From an uncultured Methanosarcinales archaeon (GTDB lineage Archaea; Nanobdellota; Nanobdellia; Woesearchaeales; JAGVZT01), in assembly GCA_964419615.1 (NCBI GenBank), contig CAYQPU010000007.1, forward strand, positions 1-51,563: 51,563 bases of DNA. The letters run 5' to 3'. The notes beneath the pieces were generated by a model. The model worked only from the letters and a program-made list of their open reading frames with translations, searched no databases and was not told the DNA's origin. A program made the translations under genes and the position numbers. Position 1 is the first letter of the stretch; each line of letters opens with the position of its first letter. Shown piece by piece: positions 17,302 to 26,835 of the stretch.

Positions 17302-18537
17302 TTAGTTATATCTTCTTCTTTGTCCACTTGAATGATTCCTAGAATTGTTTCTTGAATGACCTCTTAAGTGATTTCCAAAACGACCTCTTGAGCCTCTCCT
17401 ACGCCCTCTATCTGCTATGATTAATTTTACTCTTTGGGTTTCAGGAGTTTTTTCTTTTGTGATTGTTACAGAAAAATCTCTAAATATTCTTGAAAAGTTA
17501 TCATGATCTATGTCAGATAATAGGTTGATTGCAATTCCCTGTTCACCAGCTCTAGCTGTTCTTCCAATACGATGAATGTACTTATTGCTTTCTTTTGGTA
17601 GGTCATAGTTGTATACTTGACTTACATCTGGTATGTGTAAACCTCTTGCAGCAACATCAGTGCATACTAACACTTTTGTATCTTTTTCTAGAAATGAGTT
17701 GATACTTCTGTTTCGCTTTGCTTGAGTAAAACCACCATGAATTGCAGTTGCATGTACTCCTTGAGATTTTAAGTTTTTTGCTATGAAATCAACATTTCTT
17801 CTAGTATTACAAAAGACCATTGCAAGTCCTTCTCTTGGTTGTTTCAAAAGGTGCAATAATAGTGAGAATTTTTGATTTCTAGGTACATCATAATAGATTT
17901 GTTTGAGTTTGGTTGGATCTACAAAGCACTCAACAGAGATTTTTTCAAAATCGTCAATAAATCTTCTTGCTAGTTTGTTTACACTGTCATTAATTGTTGC
18001 TGAAAATAATAGTGTTTGTCTGTTTTTTGAACAATTACTTATAATTCTTTCAACATCATCAATGAATCCCATGTCAAGCATTCTGTCAGCTTCATCAAGT
18101 ACAAGAACTCTCACGTTTTGAAGATTAATTGTACCTCTTTGTAAATGATCAAGAATTCTCCCAGGAGTTCCTACAACAACATCTGCCTTTTTTAAGCCGT
18201 GTATTTGATGATTAATTGAGACACCACCATATACTGTAACAAATCTTAGTGAGCGGTATTTGGATAATTCCATTAATGAATTATTAACCTGCACTGCCAA
18301 TTCTCTTGTTGGTGTTAGAACTAAAGCTTGAATGCCTTTTCCACTTTCAGAGTTAACTATTGCTGTTCCAAAAGCAAGTGTTTTGCCTGAACCTGTTGCA
18401 GCACCCGCTACAATGTTCTTTCCTTTGATAATTAAAGGTATTGATTTCTCTTGAATTGGTGTTGGTTGTTCAAAACCCAATTCCTCTATAGATCTTAACA
18501 TATCTATACTTATTCCTAATTGTTTAAATTTTTTCAT
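17302..18537 (-). CDS. DEAD-box RNA helicase
   Basis: Q motif PTPIQ, ATGSGKT, PTRELA, DEAD, SAT, HRIGRTAR, and an Arg/Gly-rich tail. Confidence 0.96.
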   Translation of the reverse strand: MKKFKQLGISIDMLRSIEELGFEQPTPIQEKSIPLIIKGKNIVAGAATGSGKTLAFGTAIVNSESGKGIQALVLTPTRELAVQVNNSLMELSKYRSLRFVTVYGGVSINHQIHGLKKADVVVGTPGRILDHLQRGTINLQNVRVLVLDEADRMLDMGFIDDVERIISNCSKNRQTLLFSATINDSVNKLARRFIDDFEKISVECFVDPTKLKQIYYDVPRNQKFSLLLHLLKQPREGLAMVFCNTRRNVDFIAKNLKSQGVHATAIHGGFTQAKRNRSINSFLEKDTKVLVCTDVAARGLHIPDVSQVYNYDLPKESNKYIHRIGRTARAGEQGIAINLLSDIDHDNFSRIFRDFSVTITKEKTPETQRVKLIIADRGRRRGSRGRFGNHLRGHSRNNSRNHSSGQRRRYN

Positions 18538-18666
18538 TTTAATTTGTATCCAAGAAAAAGTCAATTAATTAATGCTCTTTCTTATGCACTAAGGGGTGGT
18601 AGTGAAGATTGATTTATAAGTGTTATGGTAGTAATGTTAATATATAAGTGGGATATTATGATATAT

Positions 18667-19374
18667 ATGTATAATGATTTGATTGATGAGCTTAACCAGG
18701 TTGGAGACCCAGATAAAGCTAGGCACCATTCTAGGTTTTTTAAGACAGGCAAAGAAGAGTATGGTGAGGGTGATGTTTTTTTGGGTATCAAGATGCCTGT
18801 GCAGAGAAGTATTGCAAAAAAATACACTAAAATGAGTTTTTGTGATGTTCAAAAACTTTTAGATAGCAGGATTCATGAACACAGGATGACTGGTTTGATT
18901 ATTCTTGTTAATAAGTTTAAGAAAGCTGATGATGAAGGTAAAAAACAAGTTTACGAATTTTACATGCAGAACTTAAGGAGTGTTAATAATTGGGATTTGG
19001 TTGATGTGACTTGTCCAAATATTGTTGGAGCTTTTTTGTTTGATAAAGATAAAAGCGTTTTGTATGAGCTTGCCAAGTCAGAGGATTTGTGGGAAAAAAG
19101 AATTGCTATTATTTCAACCATGTATTTTATTAAATATGGTCAGTTTGAAGATACACTTAGAATTTCCAAGATTTTGTTAGAGGATACGCACGATCTTATC
19201 CACAAAGCTGTTGGATGGATGTTAAGGGAAGTTGGTAAAAAGGATCAATCAGTTGAAGAGGATTTTTTAATGCAACATTGTAAAAGGATGCCCAGAACTA
19301 TGCTAAGGTATGCTATTGAACGGTTTGAGGAGAATAAAAGAAAGCATTATCTAAATGTACTTAGCAAGGATTAG
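18667..19374 (+). CDS. DNA alkylation repair protein (AlkD-like HEAT repeat)
   Basis: FFKTGKEEYGEGD.FLG, NNWDLVD, HDLIHKAVGWMLREVGK, MPRTMLRYAIE. Confidence 0.88.
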   Translation: MYNDLIDELNQVGDPDKARHHSRFFKTGKEEYGEGDVFLGIKMPVQRSIAKKYTKMSFCDVQKLLDSRIHEHRMTGLIILVNKFKKADDEGKKQVYEFYMQNLRSVNNWDLVDVTCPNIVGAFLFDKDKSVLYELAKSEDLWEKRIAIISTMYFIKYGQFEDTLRISKILLEDTHDLIHKAVGWMLREVGKKDQSVEEDFLMQHCKRMPRTMLRYAIERFEENKRKHYLNVLSKD

Positions 19375-19383
19375 ACAATATTG

Positions 19384-19890
19384 TTAAGCTCGGTAACGGT
19401 ATAGGTTTAGAAATGATTTCATCTGTGTTTTAAGTTGGTTCACTTCACTTTCTAAAAGGCCTTCATGCTTTCCCACATACGTTTTAAAGATGAATTTGTC
19501 AAATACAGTTCTAATAAATACAAATGATGGCTTACTTTCCCATCTTCCTTCATAGTCTGTTTCTAAGAATCCATCAAGCAGGATTTCAAGCCGACCTTGA
19601 TTGACTTTGACTTTTTTCCCATCTACTTCTATTTCAACTTCTTTAATGTCAAACATCCTTATGAAAATTCGGATTATGATTTTGGCATAGTCTGATAATT
19701 TTTTGTATGGTTGAAGTTCCAGTTCTATGTATTTTCCTTCTGGCTCAACTTTTTCCAGGTTATTAATTTCTCTTTTATCATATCCTTTTTCCCAAAAAAA
19801 ACGGTCAATCATCATATAAAAATCTTTGACATTAAATAAACCTTCATAATTAAGGCTTAAACCATCCACAATGATTCTTACTTCTGACAT
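19384..19890 (-). CDS. Hypothetical protein, paralog of the upstream ORF
   Basis: Shares Y.G.F...FY......F...GYD..E, K(K)L.D(Y/F), I..F...EVE and D.(E/Q).RW patterns with 19892..20422. Confidence 0.85.
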   Translation of the reverse strand: MSEVRIIVDGLSLNYEGLFNVKDFYMMIDRFFWEKGYDKREINNLEKVEPEGKYIELELQPYKKLSDYAKIIIRIFIRMFDIKEVEIEVDGKKVKVNQGRLEILLDGFLETDYEGRWESKPSFVFIRTVFDKFIFKTYVGKHEGLLESEVNQLKTQMKSFLNLYRYRA

Positions 19891-19891
19891 T

Positions 19892-20422
19892 TTAATACAC
19901 GTTTCCTGCTGTTTCCATACCTAATTGTTCTTTAAATAAGTTGTGTAAATCATATGTGATATACCAAAAAGGATCAGCTATTTTGAGCTGAAATTCTCTT
20001 TTAATTACAAAATTAAAATAGAACTTGTAAAGTTTTTCTGTAAACGGGTTTCCAGACCATCTGTTTTGCCAATCGACTTCAACAACCGGATCAAAATAAA
20101 CCCAGAATCTACATTTCATCATTTTTTTCTTTTTACCATCTTTGATTGCTTCAACTTCTTCTATGTCAAAGATGTGAAAGTACATTTCCATTCTATAACG
20201 GTAAAAATCATCAAGTTTTCTTGTGGCATGCCATTCAATTTCAAGTTCAGGAGGTTTGTCTTTGTACAAAACTTCATAAAAATCATAACCTCTTTTTTTA
20301 AACCAAGCAACAACTTTTAGATATAAAGCGTCAAAATCTACTACCCCAGCATAACGTAAGAAGTCGATTCTACCAGCTGATAGTCTGCTATCATCTCCAC
20401 CTAGCACAGAATAGGATTCCAT
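19892..20422 (-). CDS. Hypothetical protein, paralog of the downstream ORF
   Basis: Open 176-aa frame 1 nt from its paralog; same motif pattern. Confidence 0.85.
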   Translation of the reverse strand: MESYSVLGGDDSRLSAGRIDFLRYAGVVDFDALYLKVVAWFKKRGYDFYEVLYKDKPPELEIEWHATRKLDDFYRYRMEMYFHIFDIEEVEAIKDGKKKKMMKCRFWVYFDPVVEVDWQNRWSGNPFTEKLYKFYFNFVIKREFQLKIADPFWYITYDLHNLFKEQLGMETAGNVY

Positions 20423-20479
20423 ATATTTAGAAAATTGGACAAGAGAGTTTATATAATTTTCGTATACTTAATATGCAAA

Positions 20480-20941
20480 TTAATATGGGTCAGAACCAAT
20501 TGGTTTTCTATCTTCCTCTCTGAGTTCAAATTTCTCAACAATTAACTCAAATAGTTGAGGCTCGATTTTAAGAATATCTTTTATTGTTAGATAACCAGTC
20601 ATTTTTCCTTTGTATATTACAGGAAGATGCCTGACATTGTTATCTCTCATTACAACAAGTGCCTCATATATATCAGATTCAGGGTTAACAGATATTATCT
20701 CAGTTACCATTATGTCTTTAACTTTGGTTTTTTCTGAGTCTATTTTTTTTGCTACTACTTTTCTGACAATATCTTGCTCAGTTAGAATTCCTTTGAGTTC
20801 TTCCCCCTGTATTACCATCAAGCTTCCTACGTGCTTGTCCTTCATCAAATTTGAACATTCAAGAATTGTGGTGTCTGGCTTTACCACTACAGGTTTTCGG
20901 GTCATGGCATCCATTACAAGGTATCCAGTTTTAATTGTCAT
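20480..20941 (-). CDS. Stand-alone CBS-domain pair protein
   Basis: Two CBS repeats: M.R.PVVV.PD...M...VGSL.V...GILTEQDI, and IM...I.V.P...M....RHLPV...G.LT..DI. Confidence 0.93.
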   Translation of the reverse strand: MTIKTGYLVMDAMTRKPVVVKPDTTILECSNLMKDKHVGSLMVIQGEELKGILTEQDIVRKVVAKKIDSEKTKVKDIMVTEIISVNPESDIYEALVVMRDNNVRHLPVIYKGKMTGYLTIKDILKIEPQLFELIVEKFELREEDRKPIGSDPY

Positions 20942-21053
20942 AAAATATTCCCCAAAATAGAACTAATGATTGCCTAAAATAAAAACCTTTCGGTTTTGTA
21001 TGAGAATATATGAATTATTAACTAAATTAGCGTAAATAATGAAGAAAAAAAAA

Positions 21054-23042
21054 TTAAAAATTAACCATTACTTGAACATCTTTGCCAAAGATTTCTTTGA
21101 GATCTTCAAAAATTGGTTCTTTAATAAATACTTTTGAAGGAATCTCAATTTTTGCTAATGCTTTTTCCAAATGCTCTAGTGAAGATCTCTTTACTGTACC
21201 TAGGCTACCATCTGGCTTGATTGGAGCTTTTGAGATCTCTTTTTCTTCGTGGTCTATGTCATGGATAATAAAGGCATCCTTATCAAGTAGCAGAACCTCT
21301 CCAAATCTTTTACCGTGTTTGACTCGGATTTTTGTTCTTTCAAGCTCTCTTCCTCGTTTTCTTTGCATGTACTCTACTAAGAATTTGACAAGGTTCCTTG
21401 AATCTTTCTTGACTTTTGCTATTGTTGATTTTGTGATCTTTCCTGCATCATGATCTTTTTTCGCTTTCATGATTCCATTTAATACTCTTAGATATTTCTC
21501 AGGTATTTTACCCTGGTCAATCATCTCATCTTCGAATTTTTTAACAATGTCAAGGTCGTCAACTTTTTCCACTCCTTCTAGTCTAAGAATGTCTCTAATT
21601 ACAGTTACTGTGTTATCATAGATGTCAACAACTGATTTCTTTTCTTTTACTTGTTCAATTTCTTCAAAGAGCTTTTTGATTCTTTTCAAATATTTGTCAG
21701 CATTTGATTTTAGTTCATCAAGTTCTTTACCAGTAATTTCTTTTTTTGTTCCATGCTCAACATCCTTTCGGAGTTTGACATTTCTATCAAGAATTTTAAC
21801 ATAGCTTTCTTCAAGCAATTTCTCTTTTTTAACAAAAACCTCTCTTAACATTTCTGCTGTTTCTGATGGTGCTGGAGGAGGCATACCATAGAGCATTAAT
21901 GCAGCTTGGCTTGGAGTTAGGATTGCATAATAACAATCTTCCATTGCCATTCTTTTCATTTTCAAATCAATGGTCTTAAGCATTGTTTCTCCAGTGTTCA
22001 TGAACATATCAATTGCTTCTGATGAAGGTTTTATTTTACCCATTTTCAACAATTGTTTCCATGGCATAAACATTCCTCTATCATAGAATGGAACTCCATC
22101 TCTAAGTAATGTGAAGATTATTGGGTTAGCTTCCTTTAGATTGTCCCAGAAGTCAGTCAGGATGTATACTTGGATGTTTAGTTTGTTTTTAATTCCAGTA
22201 AGTTCTCCTGCTTCAATACCCATACCAATTATGATTGCTCGTAGTTTGTCTTTTAGTTCAGCACGAGTCATTCTTTTAACGTCTGTATCATCAATTACGA
22301 TCCATACATCAATATCAGAAGTTGGTGATGCTCTTCCTTGAATCAAAGAGCCTGCCAAGACATAGTTAACTATGTATTTTTCAAACTTTTTTAAGACCAT
22401 TGTCTTGTGGACTTCTGAAATCTTAATTGCAGCGAGCATTCCTTTGTCATAGATTGGGGAACCCATTGCTATTGTTCGAAGTAGATCATATTTTGCATCA
22501 TAACAGTTTTGCCATAGTTCTGAAAGAATAATAGTGTTAACAGTAAATCCCTTATCAATATCTTTGGCCATTTTGTCAATTATGACTGCTAATTTAGATT
22601 TAAGCTCGAATTTGGCCATTTTTTTGCTGTCAGAATCATCTACCAAAACTAACAAATGAGTTTGTTGTTCTGGTTTTGCTGCTGGCTGTTGTGGCACTAG
22701 TCCTGGTTTCATGGTTGGTGCCATTGGAGGCATACCTGGCCTACCTGGAGGCATTGCTGGCATTCCAGGATAAGTTTGAGCTTTTGGAGGAGGAATTAGT
22801 GCTATTCCCATGATATATTTATCAAACTTTTTTACAACTTGAGATTGGAATTTGTCTAGTTTTCCTTTTAGTGCTTTGAGTTTTTTCTGAGCATCTTTTG
22901 GAAGTTTCATTCCTAATTGCTCGAATTTTTCATCAACTTTAACTTGAGCTTTTTTCTCAATTCCTTTTGGTTGAGCTGTTTTTTTTGCTGTTTTTGACTT
23001 TGATTTTTTAGAAGTTGTTTTTTTAGTTGTTTTTTTTGCCAT
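21054..23042 (-). CDS. Tandem Pol-beta-like nucleotidyltransferase (degenerate + intact) fused to a HEPN-like domain
   Basis: Intact domain has AGS...SDIDVWIVIDD. An upstream copy shares KKF.KYI, VDD.D.K and YD.G but has a Pro/Met-rich insert in place of the GS loop. HEPN-like helices contain RKDVEH (Rx4H) at 21770-21753. Confidence 0.75.
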   Translation of the reverse strand: MAKKTTKKTTSKKSKSKTAKKTAQPKGIEKKAQVKVDEKFEQLGMKLPKDAQKKLKALKGKLDKFQSQVVKKFDKYIMGIALIPPPKAQTYPGMPAMPPGRPGMPPMAPTMKPGLVPQQPAAKPEQQTHLLVLVDDSDSKKMAKFELKSKLAVIIDKMAKDIDKGFTVNTIILSELWQNCYDAKYDLLRTIAMGSPIYDKGMLAAIKISEVHKTMVLKKFEKYIVNYVLAGSLIQGRASPTSDIDVWIVIDDTDVKRMTRAELKDKLRAIIIGMGIEAGELTGIKNKLNIQVYILTDFWDNLKEANPIIFTLLRDGVPFYDRGMFMPWKQLLKMGKIKPSSEAIDMFMNTGETMLKTIDLKMKRMAMEDCYYAILTPSQAALMLYGMPPPAPSETAEMLREVFVKKEKLLEESYVKILDRNVKLRKDVEHGTKKEITGKELDELKSNADKYLKRIKKLFEEIEQVKEKKSVVDIYDNTVTVIRDILRLEGVEKVDDLDIVKKFEDEMIDQGKIPEKYLRVLNGIMKAKKDHDAGKITKSTIAKVKKDSRNLVKFLVEYMQRKRGRELERTKIRVKHGKRFGEVLLLDKDAFIIHDIDHEEKEISKAPIKPDGSLGTVKRSSLEHLEKALAKIEIPSKVFIKEPIFEDLKEIFGKDVQVMVNF

Positions 23043-23075
23043 TTTACCTCGCACTAATCTTTGTTTATATATAAA

Positions 23076-25700
23076 TTATTCGATAGAGAATTTTTTCTCT
23101 TGCTTAAGTGCTGTTGGTGCACTTCCTCCATGCCATGTTAATCTTGGTCTTACTCTTATTGGAAATATACGTTCGTTTGTGTCATCAAATACTATTGCTG
23201 ATCCTTTTTCTCTTGGCAGCTCATTTATGTATTTGTCTAAACTTTGCTGCATATAACTTTGCATGAGCATGCCAAGAGCTTCAACATCAAGTTTTGCTGT
23301 TAGTCTATGCGATATTACTGTGTCTGATTGTGTCATTACATCAGTGTGTATTTTCCCGGGTTGTTGTGAAGCAAGGATTAGACTTATACCAGGTTGTCTT
23401 CCTTCTCTAAGGATTGTGATTAATGGTCCTGATGCTAAGGTTGATCCTTCTCTTGGTAAGAATTCATGTGCTTCATCTATTACTAACCAAACTAATGGTT
23501 CTTCTGTGGTTGAATCTTCTTGACTAAATGGAGACATTGATTTGTGCACAGATTGGTATTCTTCTGTTCTTCTTGCAATCATTCTTGCAACAAAGAGTTT
23601 TTCTGCCACTAAACCTATGACTAATGATCTGATATGATTTGATCCTGCTGTTGTTGCATAACAACTTACATCTAAGACTGTGATTTTGCCTGGATTGATT
23701 AGGTCCTTTAGTTTTGTTCCTTCTTTGTCAAATAGTCCCCATGATTTTGCTGTTTCAAATCTGTTGATTGCAGCTTCTTTTCCATGATCATCATAGGTTT
23801 TTATTAGGTCAATAATATCTTGAAGTGAGTAATTTTCTATTTTGTTTTTTATTTCTGATATTGCTCTCATTATCAAGACACCATGAGGTTCGTTAACATC
23901 CAATTCAAATGTGGTGCACCAGTCTTCTGGCGCTAGTTCTGAGGGTTGGATTGAGAATGGAAAGTCTGTTGGAACACCACTGTCTTTGAATTGTTGAAAG
24001 TATCCTTTTGGTGTATAGATTTGAACATCTAATCCTTTTGGCTCCATTCCCCATTTTTCTAAAAGAGTTCTGTCTTGTTCATTTGGATATTTCATGGTCC
24101 AGTATATTCCCATTGTGTCAAGCATTATTATGCTGAGTTTTTTAGCAATTTCTTCGGGTAGAGCTACCATTCCTTCTGCAACAACTCCCATTGAATAGCT
24201 GTTATGTACAATAATATCATTTGCAGTGAAATTATGAAGGTTGGGGACTGATATATCATAAACCTCAAAAGATCCATTAAACTTATTTATCTCAACGATT
24301 TCATCCCAGAATATATCCGATCCGGCTAGTGCTTTGATTCTTTTATTATTATCTAATTCTGCAATTTGAAGAAGCTTTTGTCTTGAGGGAGCATAATTTA
24401 TGCTGCTTCGAAGAGCCTTTGGAGTTGAATAACCCATCTCTCTGCCAATCTCTGCCCAGTTTTGAGGTCTGTAATAATCCCAAATCTCCTTTGGAATAGT
24501 GTCAATATTAGGATTTCTCTTTACTGAATTAATTTCAACAAGAGCTTTAGATTGTTTTGTTTGCTTATCTCCAAAAAAGCCAATTTCATGGATGAATTTT
24601 TCAACATTTTCTGAGGAAAATACAATCTCATAGGTGATAAAAGTTTTTTGATTCAATTTATGCTTTTTCTTCCTAATTCTACACAAAATCCCAAATCTCA
24701 AGAGTAAATGCTGCACTTGATGTATTAGTTTTTTAGAACTTGATGAGTAGCTAACTTGCCAAATATCAGAATTTGTACATTTCTTTTTGTATATACTTCC
24801 ATCACAACTGAATAATCTGTTTAAGAATATTGATAATTTGTGCTTAGGTAATTTTAAAATACACTTTGGAATTGTTTTGTCTCCTGATTTCTTCTTATAC
24901 AGATTTGTCTTTTCCAGCAAGATTCTAATTGAAGTTTTCTCATGCTTAATATAGGATCCTTCTAAAAACCTTCCATCAACATCTCGATTGATGTGATAAT
25001 CCAATACTTTTCTTTTCTTTGAAGATGTTATATCGAATTGACATGAACTATTTTTTAAGGATCTCACATTTAAAGTATTATCAAAGGTAGCAATTGCTTG
25101 TTTAAAGTCATTAACTAATTTGGAATCAGTATTTGTAAAAAATATTTTCTTCCCAAGATGACCTTCAGCAATTAGGTATGCTAATATCTTTACTTCTGAT
25201 TCAGAAATATCATATGTTCCAAAATACGGTGCAGCTCTCGGAGTTGCTATTCTATCTCCAACTTTCAATCTATTTGTTGGGACCCAACCCTCAATTTTTA
25301 GTAAGGGATGATCTGGAGTAAGATTAATTGTTTTTCCGCTTCTTAGTCTAACTTCAAATAGTTTATTTGTTTCTCTTTTATAGAATCCTTGTTTTTCATT
25401 TGAGACAATCTTTAGAGAATGATTCAATCCGAGAATTCTGTTAGTATCATTATCTAAATCCTTTATTGGTATTGTATCTCCATTATCCAAGGTTATTAAA
25501 GTATCTCCGTGAAGACACTTTCCAGAACCTCTTTTTCCGCATATGAATAAAACATGTGAACTTGTTACGTCCATTAGAACTTTGTTTGATAATGAAGTTG
25601 TTTGTCCCATCTGGACATAGTGTTTTCCAAGAAGTATTGTGCCTTTTAATCCGAACTTTTCTTTGTCTCTAGGTTTTCTACCTATTACAATGTCATACAT
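23076..25700 (-). CDS. HerA/DUF87-like P-loop ATPase (435-aa extein) containing an intein
   Basis: Walker A GKRGSGK|S is split by the intein; Walker B LVIDEAHEF; LREGRQPGISLILASQQP. Confidence 0.88.
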   Translation of the reverse strand: MYDIVIGRKPRDKEKFGLKGTILLGKHYVQMGQTTSLSNKVLMDVTSSHVLFICGKRGSGKCLHGDTLITLDNGDTIPIKDLDNDTNRILGLNHSLKIVSNEKQGFYKRETNKLFEVRLRSGKTINLTPDHPLLKIEGWVPTNRLKVGDRIATPRAAPYFGTYDISESEVKILAYLIAEGHLGKKIFFTNTDSKLVNDFKQAIATFDNTLNVRSLKNSSCQFDITSSKKRKVLDYHINRDVDGRFLEGSYIKHEKTSIRILLEKTNLYKKKSGDKTIPKCILKLPKHKLSIFLNRLFSCDGSIYKKKCTNSDIWQVSYSSSSKKLIHQVQHLLLRFGILCRIRKKKHKLNQKTFITYEIVFSSENVEKFIHEIGFFGDKQTKQSKALVEINSVKRNPNIDTIPKEIWDYYRPQNWAEIGREMGYSTPKALRSSINYAPSRQKLLQIAELDNNKRIKALAGSDIFWDEIVEINKFNGSFEVYDISVPNLHNFTANDIIVHNSYSMGVVAEGMVALPEEIAKKLSIIMLDTMGIYWTMKYPNEQDRTLLEKWGMEPKGLDVQIYTPKGYFQQFKDSGVPTDFPFSIQPSELAPEDWCTTFELDVNEPHGVLIMRAISEIKNKIENYSLQDIIDLIKTYDDHGKEAAINRFETAKSWGLFDKEGTKLKDLINPGKITVLDVSCYATTAGSNHIRSLVIGLVAEKLFVARMIARRTEEYQSVHKSMSPFSQEDSTTEEPLVWLVIDEAHEFLPREGSTLASGPLITILREGRQPGISLILASQQPGKIHTDVMTQSDTVISHRLTAKLDVEALGMLMQSYMQQSLDKYINELPREKGSAIVFDDTNERIFPIRVRPRLTWHGGSAPTALKQEKKFSIE
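24201..25517 (-). mobile_element. Intein (439 aa) with LAGLIDADG endonuclease
   Basis: Begins at Cys (CLHGDT, codon 25517-25515). Block B INLTPDHPL, EN blocks LAYLIAEGH and LNRLFSCDGS, block F VYDISV..HNF; ends HN before Ser+1. Confidence 0.95.
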
Positions 25701-25777
25701 ATATATGAGTTTGGTTAGAATGGTTATAAAGATTTTGGAGTACTTGGGAGTGATGTTAGATGATAAATTATAAATAA

Positions 25778-26077
25778 GTGGCCTTTGCTGAAGGTTTTGA
25801 AATTATTAAAGGTATTAAACATAAAGGTATTAAACAAGTTGAAGTAAAAACAGTTGGATTTCCAACTAAAGCAGTATATTTGACATGGACTGCAATGTCA
25901 CTTGGTCTAATAACATTGGCTAAAATTAATCCCTCAGATCTTGAGTATTTTGAACAATACCACTCACCAAGAGATCCTTATAAAGACGCATTTGATGGTT
26001 TTCTTAATTGTATCTATCCACCAAGAAAATGGTGCGATCCCTACAGAAAAGGTTATGGTTATGAAATTCAGTATTAA
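25778..26077 (+). CDS. Small hypothetical protein (99 aa)
   Basis: GTG-start ORF filling the gap between the ATPase and rpl7ae; no motif recognised. Confidence 0.5.
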   Translation: MAFAEGFEIIKGIKHKGIKQVEVKTVGFPTKAVYLTWTAMSLGLITLAKINPSDLEYFEQYHSPRDPYKDAFDGFLNCIYPPRKWCDPYRKGYGYEIQY

Positions 26078-26126
26078 TAGATCTTAATCCAAAACCTTTA
26101 TAAATCACTTATTCTCTCTGTTTCAG

Positions 26127-26169
26127 TACCGATGATTAATGATGGCTTTATATAAGCCTGAGAGAGGTA
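26127..26169 (+). promoter_or_regulatory. Double K-turn hairpin in the rpl7ae 5' UTR (probable L7Ae autoregulatory element)
   Basis: UACC-GAU-GA-UU-AAU-GA-UG-GCUU-(UAUAU)-AAGC-CU-GA-GA-GA-GGUA, containing box C-like AUGAUG and box D CUGA. TATA box TTTATAAA at 26097-26104. Confidence 0.8.
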
Positions 26170-26211
26170 TTATATTCTAATATCCTCTTATAAACACTGG
26201 AGGTTTGAAAA

Positions 26212-26547
26212 ATGGTATCAAAAGAATTAATGGACAAGGCTTTTGAAGCTATAGAAATAGCAAAAAGTAGTGGCAAAATAAAGAAAGGTACAAATGAGGT
26301 TACAAAGACTATTGAAAGGCAGACTGCAAAATTAGTTGCTTATGCAAAGGATGTTAGTCCGCCTGAGGTTGTTATGCATCTTCCTTTACTTGGTAAAGAA
26401 AAGAAAGTACCTGTTGTTGAGGTTTCCTCAAAAGAAGAGTTAGGAGCTGCTGCAGGTATTGGAGTTCCAACTGCAAGTGTAGCAGTTATTAATGAGGGCA
26501 AAGCAGGTAAGTTGATTAAAGAGATTGCAGCTGAACTAGGTAAATAA
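26212..26547 (+). CDS. rpl7ae: 50S ribosomal protein L7Ae
   Basis: [38 protein letters not shown]. Confidence 0.97.
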   Translation: MVSKELMDKAFEAIEIAKSSGKIKKGTNEVTKTIERQTAKLVAYAKDVSPPEVVMHLPLLGKEKKVPVVEVSSKEELGAAAGIGVPTASVAVINEGKAGKLIKEIAAELGK

Positions 26548-26549
26548 AG

Positions 26550-26831
26550 ATGGCATTTAAAAAGATGCGGAGACGGGATAAAAAAGTAGATGCTTCTGGC
26601 TCAAAAAAGGCAGTCAGATTTTTGATGGCTGTTCCTGCTAGAGTTGAAGAGGTTATTGGCCGAACTGGATCCAGAGGAGAAGTTATTCAAGTCCGATGCA
26701 GAGTTTTAAAAGGTAGAGATGAGAAAAAAGTTATGAGACGAAATGTCAAAGGTCCTGTGAGAAAAGGAGATATCCTTATGCTTAGAGAGACAGAAATCGA
26801 AGCAGGAAGATTATCACAATCAAGGAGATGA
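26550..26831 (+). CDS. rps28e: 30S ribosomal protein S28e (with basic N-terminal extension)
   Basis: PA.V.EVIGRTG.RGEV.QVRCRVL.G....[19 protein letters not shown]. Confidence 0.96.
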   Translation: MAFKKMRRRDKKVDASGSKKAVRFLMAVPARVEEVIGRTGSRGEVIQVRCRVLKGRDEKKVMRRNVKGPVRKGDILMLRETEIEAGRLSQSRR

Positions 26832-26835
26832 TCAT

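Noticed and set aside
22680-22790. Pro/Met-rich repeats (CCTGG/GGCAT units) in the NTase-HEPN gene as a DNA repeat element
   Set aside because: They reflect low-complexity protein coding (PGMP units), not an independent DNA element.
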